A DNA stretch of 62,254 nucleotides, taken from positions 14,553 to 76,806 of the forward strand of contig MGKV01000007.1 in the NCBI GenBank assembly GCA_001795795.1, written 5' to 3'. The notes under the pieces were generated by a model. That model was not told where the DNA came from. It saw nothing but the letters and a program-made list of their open reading frames with translations, and did no database searches. This stretch comes from Candidatus Yanofskybacteria bacterium RIFCSPLOWO2_02_FULL_45_18. GTDB lineage: Bacteria; Patescibacteriota; Minisyncoccia; 2-02-FULL-40-12; GWA2-44-9. Position numbers and translations under genes: made by a program. Below, one piece after another: positions 54,929 to 62,161 of the stretch; the stretch's first letter is position 1, and the number at the start of each line of letters is the position of its first letter.

Positions 54929-55489
54929 ATGGAACAAGAATTAAACAAAACTAGTATTGGGGCCGGATCGAGCGGCGGCCGCCAAACTTTCAAAAGAGGG
55001 CGGCGATTTGGTCGGGGATTTTCCGGTGGAGAGAAACGTTCCGAATATGACCAGAAAGTGTTGGATATTGCCCGAGTGGCGCGGGTGACCAAGGGTGGAA
55101 AAAGATTTAGCTTCCGTGCCACTATTGCAATTGGCGACGGCAAGGGTAGGGTAGGCGTTGGTATCGCAAAAGGAAAAGATGTTGCGCAATCCATACAAAA
55201 AGCCGCCGAACAAGCCAAAAAGAAACTTATTGCCGTAGTAACCGTGAATAATACGATTCCATATCAGGTTGAGGCCAAATACTCCAGCGCGATAGTGTTG
55301 CTAAAACCAGCCAGGGGGGGCGTTAAGGCGGGCGGACCGGTCCGTATAATTACCAAATTGGCCGGCATATCAAGTTTAACCGGCAAATTAATCAGGCGTA
55401 CCAACAACAAGCTGAATATTGCTATGGCCACAATCGAAGCGTTAAAGAAATTAAGGACTCGATCCAAAAATCAAAGCACAAGCGAATGA
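54929..55489 (+). CDS. rpsE: 30S ribosomal protein S5
   Basis: V.RV.KGG.RF.F.A....GD..G.VG.G.GKA motif. Confidence 0.96.
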   Translation: MEQELNKTSIGAGSSGGRQTFKRGRRFGRGFSGGEKRSEYDQKVLDIARVARVTKGGKRFSFRATIAIGDGKGRVGVGIAKGKDVAQSIQKAAEQAKKKLIAVVTVNNTIPYQVEAKYSSAIVLLKPARGGVKAGGPVRIITKLAGISSLTGKLIRRTNNKLNIAMATIEALKKLRTRSKNQSTSE

Positions 55490-55508
55490 TTTTTGGTCAT
55501 CGAACCTT

Positions 55509-55643
55509 ACCCCGCACTTATCAAGGATATGCAGCTTGTTGGTTCCGTGTCAGGATGCTGTATCTAGGGTTTATCCAAATATACCCTGAATCCAGCATCT
55601 TAAACGGCTGCTGTTAAAACCCAATCCTTGATAAGTGCGGGGT
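55509..55643 (+). other. 135-nt extended hairpin at the position normally occupied by rpmD (L30)
   Basis: A 20-bp perfect closing stem ACCCCGCACTTATCAAGGAT/ATCCTTGATAAGTGCGGGGT encloses the nested stems GCAGC/GCTGC, GATGCTG/CAGCATC and AGGGT/ACCCT. Confidence 0.8.
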
Positions 55644-55705
55644 GACGAGTTTTGTAAGCAGTTCGTCTGCTCGCAGACTCACAACTCCTCACTGACAAAA
55701 TCATC

Positions 55706-56179
55706 ATGCAATTACACCAATTACAACCTAATACCTCCAGACGACGGACCAAATATATCGGTCGGGGCGGAAAAAGGGGGACAACCTCGGGTAAGGGCAC
55801 CAAAGGACAGCAATCACGCGCCGGCACCGGAATCAAGCCCGGTTTTCGTGGTGGCGACAATAGGATCTGGCAGCAATTTCCCAAACAGCGCGGAGCTTCT
55901 TCCAAACCGGGCAATGCGCGGCCGCATCACAAGCACCGCTTTTACCAGTTACGGCACGACAAAATGCCAATTTTAAATTTGGCTGACTTTAACCGGTTTA
56001 CCGACGGCGAGGTTGTTACTCCGGCGCTTGTTTTTAGGCAGGGTTTGGTAAACAATATTGATGACGGGGTTAAGGTATTAGCTGATGGCAAGCTTGGTAA
56101 AAAATTAGTCTTTGAAGGATTTGAATTTTCCGATTCCGCCAAAGAAAAAGTGGTCAAATCAGGCTCAACCATCAAATAA
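55706..56179 (+). CDS. rplO: 50S ribosomal protein L15
   Basis: GRGG.RG.TSGKG.KGQ..R.G motif. Confidence 0.95.
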   Translation: MQLHQLQPNTSRRRTKYIGRGGKRGTTSGKGTKGQQSRAGTGIKPGFRGGDNRIWQQFPKQRGASSKPGNARPHHKHRFYQLRHDKMPILNLADFNRFTDGEVVTPALVFRQGLVNNIDDGVKVLADGKLGKKLVFEGFEFSDSAKEKVVKSGSTIK

Positions 56180-57438
56180 TGTCCAAAATCCTACAAATAT
56201 TCCAGCGTCCTGACCTTCGCAAAAAGGTTCTTTATGTTCTGGCCATATTGGTGATTTTTCGTATTGTTGACAACATACCCATTCCTTCGGTAGATCCATT
56301 AAAGTTGAAGGAATTTTTTGCTCAAAATCAATTTTTCGGCTTAATCAGTGCTTTTACCGGCGGTTCCCTGTCAACTCTTTCTATCGGTATGCTTGGTTTG
56401 GGCCCATACATTACGGGTTCCATTATTATGCAGCTTTTGACGATGATTTTTCCTTCGCTGGAGCAGATGTATAAGTATGAGGGTGAAGCGGGGCGGGCAA
56501 AATTCAACCAATATTCCAGAGTACTGACCGTGCCGTTGGCGGCGCTTCAGGGTTATGGGTTTTTGACGCTGTTGGCCCGTCAAGGAATCATAGGTTCTCT
56601 TGGGACTCTTGAATGGGCGACTACAATTTTAGCGGTAATTGCGGGGAGTGTTTTCTTAATGTGGCTGGGGGAACTGATTACCGAGAAAAACGTCGGCAAC
56701 GGCGTTTCCATATTGATTTTGGCGGGTATTGTGGCGCGGTTTCCCACTGATATTAAACAAGCTCTATTTACCTACAGTTCCAGCCAATTATTTACCTATG
56801 TCGGTTTTGTGGCGATTGCCTTGGCGGTGATTGTCGGCGTTATTTATATTTCAGAAGCCCAAAGGAATATTCCGATTAACTATGCCAAGAGAATTAGAGG
56901 GAACAGAGTATTTGGCGGAGTTTCCACCTATCTTCCGATGCGCGTTAACAACGCGGGGGTTATACCCATTATTTTTGCGTTGTCTATTCTTCTTTTCCCG
57001 GGCATGATCGCCAACTTTCTTTCAGGGGCAAGTGTCCCCGTTGTTTCCCAAATTGCAACCTCGGTAGCGGCTTTTCTTCAATCCCAAGTTTGGTACTCCA
57101 TTTTTTACTTTATCTTGGTTTTTCTTTTCACCTACTTTTATACCGCTGTTACCTTTGACCCCAAATCAATATCTGAGAATATCCAAAAACAGGGTGGCTA
57201 TATTCCCGGTATCCGGCCTGGCCCGATGACAGCCCAATTTCTCAATCATTTGCTGAATCGTGTTACGCTGGTTGGCGCTTTGTTTTTGGGTCTGATCGCG
57301 GTTATGCCAAACATTGTCCGCGGCTTTACGGGCATCACATCCTTTACGGTTGGGGGCACCTCTATTTTAATCGTTGTTTCAGTGGCGTTGGAAATTATGA
57401 AACAATTGGACGCTCAGCTTAGTATGTATCAATACTAA
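56179..57438 (+). CDS. secY: Preprotein translocase subunit SecY
   Basis: 419 aa, 10 TM helices, LG..PYI..SII.QL and GGYIPGIRPG motifs. Confidence 0.97.
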   Translation: MSKILQIFQRPDLRKKVLYVLAILVIFRIVDNIPIPSVDPLKLKEFFAQNQFFGLISAFTGGSLSTLSIGMLGLGPYITGSIIMQLLTMIFPSLEQMYKYEGEAGRAKFNQYSRVLTVPLAALQGYGFLTLLARQGIIGSLGTLEWATTILAVIAGSVFLMWLGELITEKNVGNGVSILILAGIVARFPTDIKQALFTYSSSQLFTYVGFVAIALAVIVGVIYISEAQRNIPINYAKRIRGNRVFGGVSTYLPMRVNNAGVIPIIFALSILLFPGMIANFLSGASVPVVSQIATSVAAFLQSQVWYSIFYFILVFLFTYFYTAVTFDPKSISENIQKQGGYIPGIRPGPMTAQFLNHLLNRVTLVGALFLGLIAVMPNIVRGFTGITSFTVGGTSILIVVSVALEIMKQLDAQLSMYQY

Positions 57439-57474
57439 CGCATAATAAAACCGCCTAGCCCGAAGAAGATTAGG
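57382..57474 (+). repeat. 93-bp direct repeat, copy 1 (last 19 secY codons, stop, and 5' half of the terminator)
   Basis: Matches 58697..58789 at 92 of 93 positions (T at 57427 versus C at 58742). Confidence 0.97.
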
Positions 57475-57497
57475 GCTGTGGGCGGTTTTATTATGCG
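57439..57497. terminator. Long bidirectional terminator hairpin after secY
   Basis: CGCATAATAAAACCGCC...GGCGGTTTTATTATGCG with an inner TAGCCC..GGGCT stem. Confidence 0.85.
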
Positions 57498-57519
57498 CGC
57501 ATTCTTAGGGATTCTAAAT

Positions 57520-57627
57520 TTTGGATTGCTTCTGCGTTACCACTGCACTTCTCGCTCGCCGTACTTTTAGTACACCTCCTCACAATGCTCAATTACGTTT
57601 CGACCTTGGTGAAGCTGGGGAGTTTTA
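57520..57627. repeat. ~110-nt cassette leader motif, copy B
   Basis: Colinear anchors with 24688..24796. Followed by TATAAT at 57639..57644. Confidence 0.55.
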
Positions 57628-57850
57628 GCGTTCCGGTGTATAATAGATGCCCTAAAATCTCAGCCAATTATGGGGTTGCATATTGAGCTATTCTATGCTG
57701 TAATGATAGATATAGAGCCTTTAAAATGCTGTGGCAAAACCAATCTGGTGGAGCCTAAATTCCATAAGGAAGCAGCAAATGTTCCGTTCAAATCCTTCCT
57801 CGGATAAGAGGAAAATGAAAATGCGCAAGGAAGCGCAAGGAGATAAGGCC

Positions 57851-58546
57851 ATGAGTACTGAGTTTGCATCTGCCGGCTTCACTGCCGGTCAGCTCAACGC
57901 CATCGTTAAGAAGCTTGGTGGCGAAGAGAGCGGGAGACAGTTTCTCCGTGGTGGCCTGACGGTCAGTTACCAGAAGCTGGCGCAGTTTGTCGGCTTAGAC
58001 GGAAAGGTCACTTTGGAGAATTTCATGAAATGTGTGACCAGCTGGCGCGAGCAAGATGGCGTCATATGTTTCAGCGTCACTTCCGATGGGACGACTGGTC
58101 CCCAGTGGGTTGAGCGTCTCAAGAAGAAAGGTTTTCAGCTCTCGAAGTGGGCCAAGGACGTTTTAAACTCAAAAGATTTCCAGCCCACAAACGGAGTTAC
58201 GACCGAAATTGCGGTTCTGAAGGGGATGCTGTTTGAGGATGACGATCGTATCACCAAGAAAATCCGCGCTGAAGCCAACCGCCGCAAGTTTACCAAGCCT
58301 AATGCTGAAGTTGCTTGCCTGATACGCGAAATGTTCACGGATGAGGAGATTGAAGCCATGGGTTTGGTGTGGATTACTACCATGCACGAACCCATCAAGG
58401 ATTCTGATGACGATCCGCACCTCCTCATTGTGTACCGCGACGTCAGTGGTCGCTGGTTGTACGCGTATTACGACGAGCCTGACTACTTGTGGAATCGTGA
58501 CTTTGGGTTCGCATTCGTTGTCCCGCAAGTTAGTCCTCAAGACTAA
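57851..58546 (+). CDS. Hypothetical protein (231 aa) carried by the secY-adk insertion
   Basis: AAGGAG 7 nt upstream of the ATG at 57851 (inside track ORF 57731..58546). C/G-ending codon preference. Aromatic C-terminal module ...GRWLYAYYDEPDYLWNRDFGFAFV. Confidence 0.75.
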   Translation: MSTEFASAGFTAGQLNAIVKKLGGEESGRQFLRGGLTVSYQKLAQFVGLDGKVTLENFMKCVTSWREQDGVICFSVTSDGTTGPQWVERLKKKGFQLSKWAKDVLNSKDFQPTNGVTTEIAVLKGMLFEDDDRITKKIRAEANRRKFTKPNAEVACLIREMFTDEEIEAMGLVWITTMHEPIKDSDDDPHLLIVYRDVSGRWLYAYYDEPDYLWNRDFGFAFVVPQVSPQD

Positions 58547-58583
58547 GATTCTTGGAACTTTTGTTCCTTTGATCTTAGTCCTT

Positions 58584-58626
58584 AGCCCCATTCCGGGCCG
58601 CCAGCTGGCGGAATCGGAATGGGGCT
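58584..58626 (+). terminator. Strong stem-loop after the cassette ORF
   Basis: AGCCCCATTCCG...CGGAATGGGGCT (12 bp) with an inner CCGCC-AGCT-GGCGG. Confidence 0.7.
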
Positions 58627-58696
58627 AAAATTTTGCATTAAAATTGGTAGATGTGGATTTTGTGTATACATGCCACCGGCTACGGCTTGGGATAGC

Positions 58697-58789
58697 GTGG
58701 CGTTGGAAATTATGAAACAATTGGACGCTCAGCTTAGTATGCATCAATACTAACGCATAATAAAACCGCCTAGCCCGAAGAAGATTAGG
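58697..58789 (+). repeat. 93-bp direct repeat, copy 2 (pseudo secY 3' end, lacks the 3' half of the terminator)
   Basis: See copy 1. Confidence 0.97.
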
Positions 58790-59017
58790 TTGGATGCCCT
58801 GCTGGAAAATCAGGAGCTCATCCCCGAGTCCTGGAAGAAAGATGAGCAAGGCAACACTCGCTATATATTTTTCTGGGGCACCATCTATCGCCGCGGCTCC
58901 GGTGGCCGCCTATATGTCCGCTCTCTGTGCTTCCACGATGGCGGGTGGTTCTGGTACTGCATCTGCCTTGACTACGACTTCTGTGGCCTCTACCCGGCAG
59001 CTGTCTCCGCAAGTTGA
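58790..59017 (+). pseudogene. 5'-truncated gene fragment abutting repeat copy 2
   Basis: The open frame begins exactly at the repeat boundary, with no SD or ATG. Encodes ...LIPESWKKDEQGNTRYIFFWGTIYRRGSGGRLYVRSLCFHDGGWFWYCICLDYDFCGLYPAAVSAS. Confidence 0.55.
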
Positions 59018-59073
59018 TCTGGTTTTTAGCACCTGGACTCATTGATTTTTGTCCTTGAATTCATTGGTGCTTG

Positions 59074-59097
59074 GCCCGCGCTTTTCGCGGGCTTTTT
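59074..59097 (+). terminator. Rho-independent terminator
   Basis: GCCCGCG-CTTT-TCGCGGGC followed by T5. Confidence 0.8.
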
Positions 59098-59218
59098 GCT
59101 ACTCAATTTAGTCAAAAAGAAGTTCTCAACCCCGCTCTTTTTGCAAAAGGGCGGGGTCAACAGGGACTTTCCAGTACTAACCAGTGACGGGACTTTTTAT
59201 TTTTAGTATTATAAATGC

Positions 59219-59950
59219 ATGATTAACATTCCAAAAAAATGGATAGTAATCATAATCGGGCCGCCGGGCGCCGGCAAGGGCACACAGGCGGAAATGTTGG
59301 CCGATGATTTTGCGTTGTTTAATTTTGAGACGTCCAAAGTCATTGAAGAAAAAATAAAGACCGGCGATGCAAACGACCCGACTATTAAGCAGGAAAAAGA
59401 TAATTTCGAATCTGGCAAATTGGTTACGCCAGAGGTTGTTGTCGGCTGGATATCGGAGAAGATAAGAGGGCTTGCTAGCGGTGGGGTGGGTATCGTTTTT
59501 AGCGGTTCACCGCGGACGGTTTATGAGGGTGAAAAAGAGATGCCAATCTTTGACGAGCTTTATGGGCGCGAGAATGTAAAAGTTTTTAACTTAGATATTG
59601 GCGAAAGTGAATCAGTTGAGCGCAATTCTCACCGCCACATCTGTAAAGCCAACCGTCACCCCATACCCAATTTACCCGAATTTAAAGATATGAAAATCTG
59701 TCCTAAGGATGGTAGTGAGCTGGAATTGCGAAGCATTGATAACCCCGAGACAATTAAAATTAGATACCAAACATATCTTGAGGAAACCAAGCCGGTTGTT
59801 GATTTGCTTGATAATATGGGATATAAGGTTATACGTGTTGGCGGCAACCAAACCATTAAATCAGTCCACGACGAAATTATGGGCCACTTAACTGGTGAGC
59901 TCGGAGATATCAACGAACACAAAGTAGCGCTGACCTGCACCCACCCCTAA
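59219..59950 (+). CDS. adk: Adenylate kinase (long variant)
   Basis: IIIGPPGAGKGTQA P-loop, GFPR-like SGSPRT, and a LID with C/H ligands (HICKANRHP...CPKDG). Confidence 0.9.
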   Translation: MINIPKKWIVIIIGPPGAGKGTQAEMLADDFALFNFETSKVIEEKIKTGDANDPTIKQEKDNFESGKLVTPEVVVGWISEKIRGLASGGVGIVFSGSPRTVYEGEKEMPIFDELYGRENVKVFNLDIGESESVERNSHRHICKANRHPIPNLPEFKDMKICPKDGSELELRSIDNPETIKIRYQTYLEETKPVVDLLDNMGYKVIRVGGNQTIKSVHDEIMGHLTGELGDINEHKVALTCTHP

Positions 59951-59953
59951 ACA

Positions 59954-60721
59954 GTGATAAACATCAAAACACAAGAAGAGATCGCCACAATGCGTGCGGG
60001 CGGTAAAATTTTGCATGCAATCTTGTCGCAAATTGAAAATGTCGTTAAGCCGGGCATGACAACGATTATGATTGATAATTTAGCACGGAAGCTTGTCACC
60101 GACAATAATGTCCAGCCGTCTTTTCTTGGTTATGGCGGTTATCCGGCGGTAATTTGCACTTCAGTTAATGACGAAGTTGTTCATGCTGTGCCGTCCGGCC
60201 GCCTGCTTAATCCGGGCGACCTGTTAAAACTTGATTTCGGGATACTTTATAAGAATTTTCATACCGATATGGCGGTAACTTTGGTTGTCGGCGGGCAATC
60301 AACCGATGACGAAAAAACACGCAAGCTAAAAAATAAATTGACAAGCGTTACCCGCGAGGCACTAGAGCGCGGTATTCGCGAGGCGCGGCTTGGCAATACC
60401 GTCGGCGATATCGGCTGGGCAATCCAGAAATTCGTGGAGCATAACCAGTTCAATGTGGCGCGGGATCTGGTCGGCCACGGTATTGGCCGTCAACTGCATG
60501 AGCTTCCGCATGTGCCGAACTTTGGCAAGGCCGGCCACGGCGACAAATTAATTGCGGGCATGACCATCGCGATTGAACCGATAGTTCTGGCGGGCAGGTG
60601 GCAGGTTAAGAATAGCCCGGACGGACACGGTTATTTGACCAAAGACGGCAGTCTCGCCGCTCACTTTGAACATACCATAGCCGTCACAAAAAATGGACCG
60701 ATTATCTTGACCATATTTTAG
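59954..60721 (+). CDS. map: Methionine aminopeptidase type I
   Basis: VCTSVNDEVVH, D..V.....D and GHGIG...HE motifs. GTG start. Confidence 0.94.
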   Translation: MINIKTQEEIATMRAGGKILHAILSQIENVVKPGMTTIMIDNLARKLVTDNNVQPSFLGYGGYPAVICTSVNDEVVHAVPSGRLLNPGDLLKLDFGILYKNFHTDMAVTLVVGGQSTDDEKTRKLKNKLTSVTREALERGIREARLGNTVGDIGWAIQKFVEHNQFNVARDLVGHGIGRQLHELPHVPNFGKAGHGDKLIAGMTIAIEPIVLAGRWQVKNSPDGHGYLTKDGSLAAHFEHTIAVTKNGPIILTIF

Positions 60722-60746
60722 TTTCCACAGGTTATAGACATATCTA

Positions 60747-60775
60747 TTGACGGTAAGTAGAGGCTTTGTTATACT
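60747..60775 (+). promoter_or_regulatory. Near-consensus sigma70 promoter upstream of 23S rRNA
   Basis: TTGACG (60747..60752), a 17-nt spacer, then TATACT (60770..60775). Confidence 0.65.
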
Positions 60776-61644
60776 GCCACTGATAATGAATATCCTATAT
60801 AAAATTATTAATTTAAGTGGCTAATAAGCGTCTGGGGTTTCGCGCTCAAATCATGCCGCTTAAAGCGGCGTTTATATTTTATAAAGGAGTTTGCTGGGGC
60901 ATTTACAATCAATAATTGCAGCCGGTACCGGAAACAATTATTGGCGGTAAATGCAAGAATCTTGATAATTTAAGCCCGTGAGAAGTGTGGCACCGAAATG
61001 CCATCACAACCGTAGGGGTTACTTCTAAACGGGATAAAGTATGATAGCGGGTTAAGTTAATTTTAAATTTCCGTTGCGTAGCAACGGATGTGTTACTCAT
61101 TTGGAAGTCGTAACCAAGCTCTTTCGTAACGAAATTTCCAGATTTCGAGTGAAGCGAGGAAAAATTTTGATGTATACTGAACGTATATGGAAAAATTTTT
61201 CCGAAGCCATAGCCGAAATACGGGAATTGCAGTAGAAAAGGTTTGGTTACGACTTCCAACTAATAAGGGCGTATGGAGGATGCCTTGACACTAAAAGGCG
61301 ATGAAGGTCGTGGCGTGTCTGCGATAAGCTTCGGGGAGGCGACTAGCAGCCTTTGATCCGGAGATGACCGAATGGGAAAACCCCGCGCGGCAAACCCGCG
61401 CGAGCGCCGCTTTACAGCGAAGTTAAAAGTAAAAAATCAAAAGTCAAAATTTCAATTCAAAAGTTAAAAGTTTCAGACAATTTTTAATTTTAACTTGTAG
61501 TTTTGAATTTTGCATTTTGAATTTTGAATTCGCCGCAAAGCGGCGTGGCGTACCTGGCGAAGTGAAACATCTCAGTAGCCAGAGGAAAATAAATCAAAAA
61601 GATTTCCTTAATAGCGGCGAGCGAACGGGAAATAGCCTAAACCG

Positions 61645-61737
61645 TGTGGCTCACCTTTGTTGAGCCACCGCGGACTTTGCGGACTAAACGCGGAACTACG
61701 CGGACAAACTAAAAAATGTCTGCGTAAGTCGGCGTAA
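61645..61737 (+). repeat. rRNA insertion element, copy 1
   Basis: Identical over 93 nt to 62162..62254. Hairpin GTGGCTCA-N7-TGAGCCAC, then GCGGAC-type units. Confidence 0.97.
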
Positions 61738-62161
61738 AGTCAGCGTTAGTCGGCGGTGACGAGCAGAGGCGAGTCACATGGGGTAATAGGGATAGGACAC
61801 TTCTAGAATCTAGAAGATAGAATCCAGAAAGTAGAAAGAGGAGTAATCCAAATTCTATTTTCTGTTTTCTATTCTCTATTTTCTAGATAAAGAGTTACAA
61901 AGTTGGATGTTAGCAGAACGGCCCTGGAATGGCCGACCATAGCGGGTGACAGTCCCGTATGCGAAAATGTTCAACCTCTTGTTCTGTTACCTGAGTAGTC
62001 CGGGATAAGATTGTCCTGGGTGAATTTGCCCATACTACTGGGTAAGGCTAAATACTTTTAGTGATCGATAGTGAACCAGTACCGTGAGGGAAAGGTGAAA
62101 AGCACCCCGGTGAGGGGAGTGAAATAGTAACTGAAACCATATGCCTACAAAGAGCCGGAGC

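Larger units (their letters stand above)
57475..59100 (+). mobile_element. Inserted foreign cassette region between secY and adk (no recombinase visible)
   Basis: Bracketed and partitioned by the 93-bp repeats. Has its own -10 box, SD, ORF and terminators. G+C and codon third positions differ from the neighbours. Confidence 0.45.

Noticed and set aside
55600-55976. ORFs 55600..55914 (-) and 55635..55976 (+) in the rpsE-rplO region.
   Set aside because: They overlap the L15 gene and the long hairpin. Their Arg/Pro-rich composition is typical of out-of-frame translation of an r-protein gene.
58880-59017. Diversity-generating retroelement variable region (the NNC-codon-rich aromatic tail).
   Set aside because: There is no template repeat of high identity and no reverse transcriptase in the window. 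The NNC bias is also explained by the high GC3 of the whole foreign segment. It is kept only as a remote possibility under the fragment finding.
59155-59180. RNase P RNA P4-like GGAAAGTCC on the minus strand.
   Set aside because: It is an isolated 9-mer next to a terminator hairpin. None of the surrounding RNase P conserved regions is present.
60909-61259. 116-aa minus-strand ORF upstream of the 23S rRNA.
   Set aside because: It lies in the rRNA leader or possible insertion and has no coding features.
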